Origin: Tepidisphaera sp.
Lineage (GTDB): Bacteria > Planctomycetota > Phycisphaerae > Phycisphaerales > UBA1924
Reading direction: 5' to 3'
Assembly (NCBI GenBank): GCA_050916045.1
Contig: CP051526.1
Location: 3,520,001 to 3,584,000 of the forward strand
Length of the DNA stretch: 64,000 bases
Shown piece after piece: positions 21,487 to 31,900 of the stretch. Under the pieces are notes generated by a model that was not told the DNA's origin, made no database searches, and saw only the letters and a list, made by a program, of their open reading frames with translations. Each line of letters opens with the position of its first letter. Position 1 is the stretch's first letter. The translations under genes were made by a program, and so were the position numbers.

Positions 21487-21705
21487 GGGCTCAGGTTCCT
21501 CTCGCTGGTCTTCCGGGGCATGGTAGTGGCGTCCGGAGGGGGCCCGCTGCTTGGGGTCCCCTGCATACTCATCGGCCCGACCGGGGGTTCGTTCCTCCCG
21601 CGAGTGAACAGGACCGGCTCGGGCTGGCAGGATGCACCGGTCGCGTGTATCGTCTGGAGTCCGATAGCCGATTGCGGCCCGGGCCAAGCCCCATGGAGGT
21701 GAAGC

Positions 21706-22698
21706 GTGGCCAAGAAACCAGCGAAGACCGCGAGCAAGAAACAGGCTCGCCCCAGCGCTCCCGCCCAAGGCGGATCCGCTTCCCCCGCGAAGAAGCCTGC
21801 CCAAGGCGGCAAAGCCACTCCCAAAGCCGCTCAGAAAGCCAGCGACAAGGGCAAGCCTCAAACCCAAGCCGCCAAGACGAAGAAAGCGCCCCCCGCAGCC
21901 AAGGCCAAAGCGAGCAAACCGGCTTCGCCCGCGAAGAACGCCAAAGCGGAGAAGCCAAGCACGGGGGCCAAACCGGCCGCTCCGGAAAAACCGCCGGGCA
22001 AGGTCGCTTCCCGTCGCAGCAAGACCGCTCAACCCGCCGCTCTTGATCCCGGCGGACGCCCTGCTTCCAAACCCCACGTTCATCCCGCGGGCGAAGAACC
22101 GCAGGCTCTCCCCGGACGCCCCCGAAAGGACTCCGCCGGCCCCACGCACAACGGGGTCGGTGACGCCGCCGTCCGCAAAGCAACCGGGCAGGGCTGGAAT
22201 GAGTGGTTCAAGATCCTGGACGACGCCGGAGCGGCGTTGATGGAGCACGCCGCGATCGCGACGCTTCTCGGCGAAACCCACAGCGTCCCCGAGTGGTGGT
22301 CACAGACGATCACCGTCGGGTATGAACAGGCTCGCGGACTCCGGCGGAAGAACGAAGCGGCAGACGGATTCCAAGCCGGCGTCAGCAAGACCATCAACGC
22401 GGCGACCGCGAAGCTCTACCGCGCGTGGGAGGACGAAGCGACGCGGACGAGATGGATGGGCGACCACAAGGTCGAGATCCGCGTCGCGAACACGGATAAG
22501 AACATCCGGATGACCTGGCTGGTCCAAGGGCCCGACGAGGGGAGCAGCGTCGAGGTGTACTTCTGGCCCAAGGACGCGAACAAGTGTCTTGTGCAGGTGC
22601 AGCAGCGCAAGCTTGCGGATGCGGAAGCGGTGCAGCGGGTTCGGGCGTTCTGGTCGGTCAAGCTTGAGAATCTCCGCGCGGCGATGGAGAAAGCCTGA
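21706..22698 (+). CDS. Protein with Lys/Ala/Pro-rich N-terminus, DUF4287-like domain and SRPBCC/AHSA1-like domain
   Basis: SD GGAGGT before the GTG. About 110 aa K/A/P-rich N-terminus. AVRKATGQGWNEWF and WWSQTITVGYEQARG, then a START-like C-terminal part. Confidence 0.75.
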   Translation: MAKKPAKTASKKQARPSAPAQGGSASPAKKPAQGGKATPKAAQKASDKGKPQTQAAKTKKAPPAAKAKASKPASPAKNAKAEKPSTGAKPAAPEKPPGKVASRRSKTAQPAALDPGGRPASKPHVHPAGEEPQALPGRPRKDSAGPTHNGVGDAAVRKATGQGWNEWFKILDDAGAALMEHAAIATLLGETHSVPEWWSQTITVGYEQARGLRRKNEAADGFQAGVSKTINAATAKLYRAWEDEATRTRWMGDHKVEIRVANTDKNIRMTWLVQGPDEGSSVEVYFWPKDANKCLVQVQQRKLADAEAVQRVRAFWSVKLENLRAAMEKA

Positions 22699-22846
22699 GG
22701 CTTGCGGGATCCGATGGCGGACGCGGCCGGCTTCCTGGGGCTTGGAAAGCGGCAAGTTCGCACATCGGTGTGCCACGGCGAGCGGATTCAGGCGATTCTT
22801 GCGCCAACGAACGTGTGGATGTCAACGCGGCGAGGGCACGGTCGTC

Positions 22847-22875
22847 TTGACAGCGTGCGAGCGGCGCGGTAGGTT
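22847..22875 (+). promoter_or_regulatory. Sigma70-type promoter candidate
   Basis: TTGACA (22847-22852), 17 nt spacer, TAGGTT (22870-22875), about 100 nt upstream of the metalloprotease ATG. Confidence 0.55.
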
Positions 22876-22975
22876 GTCGCTTCGGGCCTGGTCGGCCTGC
22901 GGCTTTCATGCGTGCCATTCGTCACGCGCCCTGGGTCGGCTGCTTCGTGTGGTAGGCCTGTCTTGGAGTTTCGAC

Positions 22976-24154
22976 ATGCAACGGAATCGTGGAACTCGTC
23001 GAGCGGCGGTGGGCTTGTCGATGGGCGCGGTCGCGCTCGCGCTGACGGCGGCGTGCGGCACGGCGTCGGCCCAGGTGCTGGGCCATGTGGAAGCGGCAAA
23101 GCCGGCGCGGTACATCGTGGACACGGGCGAGCGGCTCGCGGTGCTTCCCAATGGTGATCTCGAAGCGATGCAGACGCAGCAGATCTGGAAGCCCGTCTGC
23201 TCGAATCGCGCGGCGATGACCGAAGCGGACCTGCGGGCGATGGCGGCTTCGCACGAAGCGGCATTCGCGGACCCGTCAGCGGTGATCATCGTGGATGACC
23301 CCTTCGCCAGCCGCGCGGGCTTGGACATCGTGTTCGTGCTCGGTGCGGGCGTGCCCGCCGCGGCGATCCCGGCCTTTGCCGCGGCTGAAGCGTATTTGCA
23401 GAGCCAGTTCACGGGCGACACGATGACGGTGACAATCCCGGTGAGCTTTGCGGCGCTTTCGCCGGGCGTGATCGGCGGGACCGGGAGCAGTTACGGGTCG
23501 CTGACATGGGCGAGCACGCGTTCCACGCTTGTCACCGGCATGGACGCTTCGGACACGATCCAATCCTCGCTTCCGACGGCGTCGCTGCCGGTGCGGTACA
23601 ACACGGGTTCGACGACCAGCGAGAACCGCTGCTTCTGGACGTTCGCGAACTTCAAAGCCAACGGCGGAGCGGTGACGGGCAACGACGCGACGATGCAGTA
23701 CTCGACGGCGTTCCCGTTTGATTACGACCCTTCCAACGGTGTGACGGCGAACACGATCTCGCTTCAGGACGTGATCATCCACGAAACCGGGCACGCTCTG
23801 GGATTCACGAGCGGGATCGATTTCCGGGCCAACGACATCGAGGTGATCGACATCTTCCGGTTCCGCCGGACGGATGGATCGAGCGACTTCAACCCGGATA
23901 CGGCGGCGGAGTTCACGACCCGCCCGCGCTGGTGCGTCTTCAACAACCCGAACGATGATCAGAACTTCGACATCATCTCGGGTACGGAGTACAGGCTTTC
24001 TGATGGATCGCCGTGGCAGGCGAGCCATTTCCGCGAACAGGTTCCGGCGATCGGGATCATGGACCCGGCGTTCAGCTACGGGGAGACGTTCTATCCGACG
24101 TTCCTCCGGACGAGCGACCTGACGGTCTTTGATGCGATCGGCTACAACCGCTGA
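22976..24154 (+). CDS. Secreted zinc metalloprotease (HExxH zincin)
   Basis: Signal peptide ending in ASA-Q, IHETGHALGF, QASHF and Met-turn-like GIMDP. Confidence 0.8.
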   Translation: MQRNRGTRRAAVGLSMGAVALALTAACGTASAQVLGHVEAAKPARYIVDTGERLAVLPNGDLEAMQTQQIWKPVCSNRAAMTEADLRAMAASHEAAFADPSAVIIVDDPFASRAGLDIVFVLGAGVPAAAIPAFAAAEAYLQSQFTGDTMTVTIPVSFAALSPGVIGGTGSSYGSLTWASTRSTLVTGMDASDTIQSSLPTASLPVRYNTGSTTSENRCFWTFANFKANGGAVTGNDATMQYSTAFPFDYDPSNGVTANTISLQDVIIHETGHALGFTSGIDFRANDIEVIDIFRFRRTDGSSDFNPDTAAEFTTRPRWCVFNNPNDDQNFDIISGTEYRLSDGSPWQASHFREQVPAIGIMDPAFSYGETFYPTFLRTSDLTVFDAIGYNR

Positions 24155-24311
24155 GACTCTCTCCCCTTCACAGGCCGGGCTTCGACAAGGGGCCCGACCT
24201 GTTTCGCGTTTCGGTGGACGCATGGATCGCGTTTCATAGGCGGAATTGAAGGATTGCTCACGGACGCGCAGCAGCGGCGGGTGTACTGTCCGAGCATCCA
24301 AGGAGCCATCC

Positions 24312-25370
24312 ATGCCCACCAAAGCTGCGGCGTACGCCGCGCAGACCGCGACCAGCCCTCTCGCCCACGCCAGCATCGACCGCCGCGACGTCGGGCCGCA
24401 CGACGTGCAGATCGACATTCTGTTCTGCGGTGTTTGCCACTCGGACCTGCACACCGCTCGCGGCGAGTGGCAGGGCGTCGTGCATCCGGTCGTCCCCGGC
24501 CATGAGATCGTCGGCCGGGTGACGAAGGTCGGTGCCGAAGTGAAGAAGGTCAAGGTCGGGGACATGGGCGCTGTCGGCTGCATGGTGGATTCGTGCGGGT
24601 CGTGCCCCAGCTGTGCCCGGAGCGAAGAGATCTACTGCGACAAGGGCGATGTGACCTTCACGTACAACAGCCCGGACAAGCATCTGCCGGGAAAGATGAC
24701 GTACGGCGGGTATTCGAAGTCGATCGTCGTCACCGAGCGGTTCGTCTGCCGCGTTCCGGCGGGGATGGATCTGGCGGCGACGGCTCCGCTTCTGTGCGCG
24801 GGCATCACGACCTACTCGCCACTCAAGCACTGGGGCGCGGGACCGGGCAAGAAGGTGGGTATCGTCGGGCTGGGGGGCCTGGGGCACATGGGCGTGAAGT
24901 TCGCCCACGCGTTCGGGGCGCACACCGTGCTTTTCACCACCTCTCCGAGCAAGATCGAGGACGGCAAGCGTCTGGGCGCGGACGAGGTGGTCGTGTCGAA
25001 GAACCAGGCGGAGATGGACAAGCACGTCGCGAGCTTTGACTTCATCCTCAACACCGTGGCGGTGTCGCACAACCTGGACGCGTTCGTCAACCTGCTGAAC
25101 ACCAACGGGACCATGTGTCTCGTGGGGGCTCCGGCGACGCCGCACCCATCGCCGGCGATCTTCCCCCTGCTGATGAAGCGGCGGAGCATCGCGGGCTCGG
25201 CGATCGGCGGGATCAAGGAAACGCAGGAGATGCTCGAATTCTGCGCCAAGAAGAAGATCGTGAGCGACATCGAGATCATCCCGATCCAGAAGATCAACGA
25301 AGCCTACGAGCGGATGCTCAAGAGCGACGTCAAATACCGGTTCGTGATCGACATGGCGTCGCTGTCGTGA
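24312..25370 (+). CDS. NAD(P)-dependent zinc alcohol dehydrogenase (cinnamyl-ADH/YahK-like)
   Basis: CGVCHSD, GHEIVG, the structural Zn CxxCxxC..C, APLLCAGITTY, GLGGLG and YRFVID. SD AGGAG. Confidence 0.93.
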   Translation: MPTKAAAYAAQTATSPLAHASIDRRDVGPHDVQIDILFCGVCHSDLHTARGEWQGVVHPVVPGHEIVGRVTKVGAEVKKVKVGDMGAVGCMVDSCGSCPSCARSEEIYCDKGDVTFTYNSPDKHLPGKMTYGGYSKSIVVTERFVCRVPAGMDLAATAPLLCAGITTYSPLKHWGAGPGKKVGIVGLGGLGHMGVKFAHAFGAHTVLFTTSPSKIEDGKRLGADEVVVSKNQAEMDKHVASFDFILNTVAVSHNLDAFVNLLNTNGTMCLVGAPATPHPSPAIFPLLMKRRSIAGSAIGGIKETQEMLEFCAKKKIVSDIEIIPIQKINEAYERMLKSDVKYRFVIDMASLS

Positions 25371-25549
25371 GATCCCACACCTCCGGGTGAACGACCCATC
25401 AAGTCCCCCGAATCCGCGGTCCGCGCTCCCTGCGAGCGCGGACCCGGTTGTTTTTCGGCCGATGCGGCGATGTTTCATGTCATGCGCCCGGCCCTGTCGG
25501 TTATCATGCCAGCGAGGTCTCCTTGCGGGAGCTCTCGGAGGATTTGTTC

Positions 25550-28500
25550 ATGCGTCAGCACTCGGGTCGTTCGGTCGTGATGTTGTGGCTTGCGTCGGGC
25601 GCATGGTGCGGCACCGTGCTGGCGAATGACCCGCCGGCGACGCCGATCATCACCGAGCCTCAGATCGGGCGGCTGATCAACGCGGCGGACTGCCACATGG
25701 AGTGCGAGCCGTTCTTCGACCCCGACGCCGGCGACACGCACCGGTGCACGGACTGGGAAATCTGGACAGTGTCCCCGTCGCAGCGGGTCTGGTTCACGGC
25801 GTGCATTGCAGGGGTGGAGCGCGTGCACACGCACCTGGGAGATGGCACCTTCGAAGGGTCGCACGCGGGCCGCCGCGAGCTCATCCCCGAGCGGCAGTAC
25901 GTCCTGCGTGTCCGTCACCGCGACTCGAGCAACGATCCGGCGACGGAGTGGAGCGCGTACGGCGAGCGGGCTTTCACGACCGGGCCGCAGAGCCGGATCT
26001 TCCCGCTCGAGACCGACGACATCGTCGAGTCTCCCGCGCTGCGGTGGGTGACGCTGACGAACGCGCCGGTGGACCTTCCGCATTCGCTCACGCCGCCGAG
26101 CTTGCGGATCGAATCGGGAACGGGCGAACTGCTGATGGAATTCATCGGCGACATGGGCCCGGGAAACATGATCATGGATGCGCCGTCGCTGGCGGCGCAC
26201 ACGCCGCTTCGGTTCCGACTGAGCGCGGGGAGCTTGTCCGGGCCGCTGACGCTGCCGGAAAGCAACCTGACGATCACGACGCATACCGGCAGCGAGCACA
26301 CGGTGTACCTGCCGGCGATCAATCTCTCGGCGGGGCAGCCGGACCTCACGTTCTGGGCGTCCGACGCGGGGTCGACGTACATCGCGGCTCCTGAAGAAAC
26401 CGAGCCGAACTTCTCGACGCTCGCCCGGGGCAATCCGGTTCCGTGGGCGGTGCGGCAGCGCGGGTATCGCGTCGAGACGGTGGCTTCGGGGTTCCAGCTT
26501 CCGGTCAACATCGCGTTCGTGCCCAATCCGGGGACGCTTCCGAACTCGCCGTTCTACTACGTGACGGAGCTTTACGGCGCGATCAAGGTCGTGACGCGTG
26601 ACGGCACGGTGCGGAACTACGCGAGCAACCTGCTGAACTTCAATCCGACGGGGAACTTCCCGGGATCGGGCGAGCAGGGTGTCGCGGGCATCGTCGTCGA
26701 CCCGACCAACGGCGACGTGTACGCCACGATGCTGTATTCCAGCGTTCCGGGGCAGGAAGCCGCTCCGCACTACCCGAAGGTCGTGCGATTCACGAGCACT
26801 GACGGTGGCCTGACGGCGGCGACGCAGACGACGATCCTGGACATGGCGGGCGAGACGCAGGGGCAGTCTCACCAGATCTCGACGATCACGCTGGGGCCGG
26901 ATCTGCGGCTTTACGTTCACATGGGTGACGGTTTTGACGCGGCGCGGTCGACGGACCTGACGTCGTTCCGGGGAAAGATCCTGCGGATGCTCAGGTCCGG
27001 AGCGGCGGCGACGGACAACCCGTTCTACAACGCGGCTGATGGGATCACCGCCCGCGACTACATCTTCTCGCTGGGGGTTCGTAACCCCTTCGGCGGCACG
27101 TGGCGTCTGTCGGATCAGTCGCTCTACACCGTGGAAAACGGCCCGTCGGTGGACCGTCTGGCCCGCATCGTGCGCGGACGGAACTTCGGGTACAACGGCT
27201 CGGACGCGAGCATGTCGAACTTCGCGACGTACAACTGGGTCCCCTCGTCGGGCCCGGTCAACATCGCGTTCACCGAGACCGCGCGGTTCGGCGGAAGCGG
27301 GTTCCCCGCGAGCAAGATGAACCGCGCGTGGGTGACGGAATCGGGCGCGACCTGGGGCACCGGCCCGCAGACCATCGGCAAGAAGATCACCGAGTTCGCG
27401 ATCGACGCCAACGGCGTCCTCGTCTCGGGTCCCACGCCACTGATCGAGTACGTCGGTTCGGGGAAAGCAACCGTCGCAGCCCTCGCGGCCGGGCCGGACG
27501 GGCTCTATTTCAGCGATCTCTACAAGGACAACGACTACACCTCGCCGATTGATCGCGGAGCACAGATCCTGCGGGTGCGGTTCGTGGGCGACGCCGACTT
27601 CACGGCCGACGTGACTCGCGGCGGAGCCCCGCTCACCGTGACCTTCACCGACGCTTCCACCGTGCCGGGGATCACCTCGCGTCTGTGGGAGTTCGGGGAC
27701 GGGTTCACGAGCACGCTTGCCAACCCGGTCCACACCTACTCGGACGACGGGGCGTACACCGTGCGTCTGACGGTCACGGGCTCGACGGGAGCGTCGGTGC
27801 TCGAACGTCCGTCGTACATCCGCGTGGGCACCGTGCCGCGCGTGGCTTTCATCGGCGGCGGCCTGCCGCCCATCGGCGCTGACGGCGAGGTCATCGAGCA
27901 CCTCGAGGACATGGGGTACGAAGTGACCGCTCTGGACGACGAAGCCGCCAACCGTCCCTCGGCGGCGCAGATCGCTTCGAGCTTCGACGCGGTCGTCGTC
28001 TCCTCGACGATCACCTCGGGCAACATCGCGGGCGAGTTCCGCACGGCGGCGATCCCGATGGTCTACTGGGAGAACGCGCTGCTCCGCACGGGCCGCGAGT
28101 CGCTGACGGACAACGGCGTCGTGGTAAGCTCGACCACGCTCAACATCGTCAACAACAGCCACCCGATCACCGCGGGCTTCCCGCTCGGGGCCCTGCCGGT
28201 CTACCAGGCAAACAGCAGCACGAGCGTCGGCCTGGGCAATCTGGGCGCCGGCGTGCAGGTGCTCGCCCGCGTCAACGGGTCCAGCGACATCGCGCTGATG
28301 GCCGCTCCCGCGGGAGCCGCGGCCGCCGCAGGCTACACGACCCCGGCCCGGCGCGTCTTCCTGTTCCTTGAAGACTCAAGCTGGCTGAACTCCACCGCCG
28401 CGGCCCGTGAGTTGCTCGACCGGTCCCTGTGCTGGGCGATGAACATGGGCGGACCGACGATCAGCCAGCAGCCGCAGGACGCTCAGGGCTGCGTTGGAAG

Positions 28501-28885
28501 CTCGGTAACCTTCTCGGCGCGGGCGACCGGTCCGGGGCCGATCTCCTACGCGTGGCGTCACAACGGGATGTTCATCACCGGCGCGACAAGCCGCAACCTG
28601 ACGCTCAACGACCTAGTCGCGGGCGACGCGGGGACCTACGACTGCGTCGTGACCAACACGTGCGGCAGCGTGACGACCGAGCAAGCCCTGCTCACCATCG
28701 GCAACTGCTGCCCGGCGGACTTCAACGATGACGGGTTCGTCGACTTCTTCGACTATGACGCGTACGTCGCGTGCTTCGAAGGCGCCGGATGCCCTCCGGG
28801 CCGGACCGCCGACATGAACGGGGACGACTTCGTCGATTTCTTCGACTATGACGCGTACGTGGTGGCGTTCGAGGTCGGGTGCTGA
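25550..28885 (+). CDS. Secreted PQQ/sorbosone-type sugar dehydrogenase-like beta-propeller with PKD, Ig-like and C-terminal GC-ending dockerin-like domains
   Basis: GEQGVAGI, GPDLRLY, RGKILR and GVRNPFG (GSDH-like). WEFGDG..NPVHTY (PKD). YAWRHNG..DAGTYDCVV (Ig). Twin DFNxDGFVDFFDY repeats ending AFEVGC. Confidence 0.85.
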   Translation: MRQHSGRSVVMLWLASGAWCGTVLANDPPATPIITEPQIGRLINAADCHMECEPFFDPDAGDTHRCTDWEIWTVSPSQRVWFTACIAGVERVHTHLGDGTFEGSHAGRRELIPERQYVLRVRHRDSSNDPATEWSAYGERAFTTGPQSRIFPLETDDIVESPALRWVTLTNAPVDLPHSLTPPSLRIESGTGELLMEFIGDMGPGNMIMDAPSLAAHTPLRFRLSAGSLSGPLTLPESNLTITTHTGSEHTVYLPAINLSAGQPDLTFWASDAGSTYIAAPEETEPNFSTLARGNPVPWAVRQRGYRVETVASGFQLPVNIAFVPNPGTLPNSPFYYVTELYGAIKVVTRDGTVRNYASNLLNFNPTGNFPGSGEQGVAGIVVDPTNGDVYATMLYSSVPGQEAAPHYPKVVRFTSTDGGLTAATQTTILDMAGETQGQSHQISTITLGPDLRLYVHMGDGFDAARSTDLTSFRGKILRMLRSGAAATDNPFYNAADGITARDYIFSLGVRNPFGGTWRLSDQSLYTVENGPSVDRLARIVRGRNFGYNGSDASMSNFATYNWVPSSGPVNIAFTETARFGGSGFPASKMNRAWVTESGATWGTGPQTIGKKITEFAIDANGVLVSGPTPLIEYVGSGKATVAALAAGPDGLYFSDLYKDNDYTSPIDRGAQILRVRFVGDADFTADVTRGGAPLTVTFTDASTVPGITSRLWEFGDGFTSTLANPVHTYSDDGAYTVRLTVTGSTGASVLERPSYIRVGTVPRVAFIGGGLPPIGADGEVIEHLEDMGYEVTALDDEAANRPSAAQIASSFDAVVVSSTITSGNIAGEFRTAAIPMVYWENALLRTGRESLTDNGVVVSSTTLNIVNNSHPITAGFPLGALPVYQANSSTSVGLGNLGAGVQVLARVNGSSDIALMAAPAGAAAAAGYTTPARRVFLFLEDSSWLNSTAAARELLDRSLCWAMNMGGPTISQQPQDAQGCVGSSVTFSARATGPGPISYAWRHNGMFITGATSRNLTLNDLVAGDAGTYDCVVTNTCGSVTTEQALLTIGNCCPADFNDDGFVDFFDYDAYVACFEGAGCPPGRTADMNGDDFVDFFDYDAYVVAFEVGC

Positions 28886-28904
28886 ACACCCCGCTCCCGG
28901 CGGA

Positions 28905-31900
28905 TCAGTTCTCCGACGGCTGGCTCTGCTCGGTCCGCATCTGTGCCATCGCTCGCCGCAAGTAGCCGGGCTTGGCCTCGGGCTCGGGCGGGACGGTCTC
29001 GAGATCCGCCGCAGGCGTCGCCTGGACCGCTTGCGCGGCAGCCGGCTGCTCGGCCGGTGTCTCGTGGATCGTGCCGTCGCGGCCGACCTGGGCGAAGTTG
29101 ACGCTGACGCGCTTCGAGACGCCGCGCTCCTGCATCGTGACGCCGTACAAGCGGTCCGCCGACTGCATCGTCCGCTTGTTGTGCGTGATGACGATGAAGT
29201 GCGAGAGGTCGGTGAACTGGCGGATGACGGTGTTGAAGCGGTTGACGTTGGCTTCGTCCAAAGCCGCGTCCACTTCGTCCAGCACGCAGAAGCACGAGGG
29301 CTTGCTTCGGAAGATCGCCATGAGCAAGCCGACGGCGGTGAGGGTCTTCTCGCCGCCGGAAAGCTGGCTGATCGAGCGCGGCTCCTTGCCCGGGGGCTTG
29401 GCGATGATCTCGATGCCGGACTCGAGGATGTCGGTCTCATCGGTGACGACCTTCTGGCCGTCGATTTCCTTGATGAGGGGCATGAGGCGGACCTCGGCTT
29501 TGCCGCCGCCGAAGAGCTTGCGGAACATCCCCTGCTCGCCGCCGAAGTTCTCGCGGATCTTGTCGAAGACCTCGCCGAAGCGCTCCTTGCTGACGGCGTT
29601 GAGCTGGCCGATTAGTTCGGCGAGCTTGGTGCACGCGTCGTCGATGTCCGCGACCTGGCGGATCAGCTCGTCGTTGCGCGCGGCGAGCGTCGTCTCCTCC
29701 TCGATCGAGTCCATGTTGACGTTGCCGAGCTTCTTGATCTCAGAGCGAAGCATGTCGATGTCCGCTTGGGCACGCTCGTGATCGGGGCGAACGACGCCGC
29801 CTGCGGTGAGCATCTCGCGGTACTCGGGGTGGAGCGCGACCAGGTCGAGTTGGAGATCCTCTCGGGCCCGCTCCTCGAGGGTCTCCCGCTTGATCTCGGC
29901 TTCGCGGCGAGCCATCTCGACGTTCGCCCACCGCTTCTCCGCGTCATTGGCGGTGCGACGGACCTCGGAAAGATGCTGAGCCGCTTGCGTCGCCGCGGTG
30001 TCGGCTCCGCTCAGCGCGATCTGGAGGGACTCGACGCGTCCCTTGAGCTCATTGGCGAGCACGCCCGACTGCTCGATCGCCGCGCGGGCTTCCTCGAGGA
30101 CGCGGCGGTGCTCATCCACGCGGCCGCTTGACTGCTCGATCTGCGACGCGATGTCGCGCCGCTGACGGGCGAGTTCATCCCGGAGGGAGTCAAGCCGCGA
30201 AGCTTCGCGTCGGGCGGCCGAGAGCTGCTCGGAGAGCTTGCCGGCTTCAACGCGGGCGGCGGTCATCTGTTCGGTCGCGGCTTCGACGCGGGCCTGAGCT
30301 TCGCGCGAAGCGGCTTCGAGCTGAACGAGGTCGCGCGTCGCGGCGGCGAGCTGTTCACCAAGGGACTCGGCTTTGGCTTTCAGGGTGTCGCGGTCGGCGT
30401 CAAGACGCGTGGAGCGTTCGCGGAGCGAAGCGACTTCCTGCTCGAGCGAGCGGATCTCCCGCTGGGCCCGGGATTCGTCGGCGGCGAGACGTTCGAGCTT
30501 GCCCTGCTCGCTGAGGAGCTGCCGCTGTTCGGCGGAAAGCGAGGTTCTCAGCTGCGCCGCACGTGCGTTGAGCGCTGCCGCTTCGGTGTCCACCGCTGCG
30601 AGCGCTTCTCGCTCGGCCTTGACGCGTAGGGCGAGGTCGGCGACGACGGCTTCGAGGTGGTTGAGCTCGTTGCGGCGGGCAATGACGCCCGCGCCCTCGG
30701 CGCCGGCTTCTCGCGGACCCGCGATGATGCGGCCGTCGGGCTCGACGATCACGCCGCTTTCGGTGAGGAATCGCCCGCCCGCGAGCGGGCCTGCGGCGAG
30801 AAGCATCGCCGTCTCGACGTCACGCACCGCGAAGGTCCGACCGAGAAGGCGGTCCAGAAGCGGATCCACGGGCTGGCCGGAAGCATCGCCGCGGGCACGC
30901 ACCATCGACCGGATCGGGCGCACGCGGTCGGCGTATGCGGAGAGGTCCGCTTGCTCCGACGGCGCGGCGTGACCGACCGTGCGCGCGAGCATGAACGTCA
31001 CGCGGCCGGGAAGCGATTCGAGGTCCGGCCCGGACGGGAGCGTCTCGGCGCTGTCGACGACAAGCGCCTGCAAGTCGGCTCCGAGCGCGGCTTCGACCAG
31101 CGAAGCATCCTCGCTCGACGTTTCGATCAGATCGACCAGCGCCCCGCGGACACCCGCGAAGCCGCTCCCGGCGTCGCGAGCTTCGAGCACGCTCTGCACG
31201 GCCTGGCCGTACCCCGCGCGGGTCTCGACAAGCTCGCGGAGGGTGGCTCTGCGGCTTTCCTGGCGGACCAGATCCTGCTCAAGCTCGTTCGTGCGGCGGG
31301 CCTGCTCGCGTCGGCCGGCGCCGAGTTGGTCGAGCGTGGTCTCGGCGGCGGCAACCTCGGCTTGGAGGGCTTCCGCGCGGGCCCGCGTCGCACCGGCGGC
31401 CTGCTGCATAGCGGCGGTCTCGGTCGCGACGCGTTCGCGTTCGGCCTGCTGCGTGGCGAGTCGGGCCGCAACGCGGTCCATCTGCTCGCGAGCGGCTTCC
31501 ACGCGTTTTGCGTCCGCTTCGATCGACGCCAGCACCCCGGCCCGCTCGCGGTCCAGGCGGCTTGATGCGGACCGGCGCTCGGCGGAAGCGGACTGCTTCT
31601 CATTGAGAGCGACGAGCGCGGCCGAACGGGCTTCGTTCGCAGTCGTGAGCTTCTGGTCCGCGGCGGCGACGAGCTCGCCGAGGCTCGCAACCTGCTCGCG
31701 CTGCGTAACGGACGAGGATTCGGTCTGGGCGTGCCTTTCGTCGAGGTCCTTGAGGCGGACGGCGTCCTGCTCGGCGCGGCGCTCGGCGTCGGCGATGGCA
31801 CGCTCGGTCATCTGGGCTCGCTGCGTCGCTTGCTGCTGGGTGTGCTCGGCGGCCAGACGTTCCTGCTCGGCCTGACGGAGCGCCGAAGCGACCTCCTGGC

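Noticed and set aside
21487..21705. glmS ribozyme upstream of glmS, and the 874-aa extended glmS ORF
   Set aside because: I saw no AGCGCC cleavage-site or core motif. GlmS needs Cys at position 2, which fixes the start at 21486.
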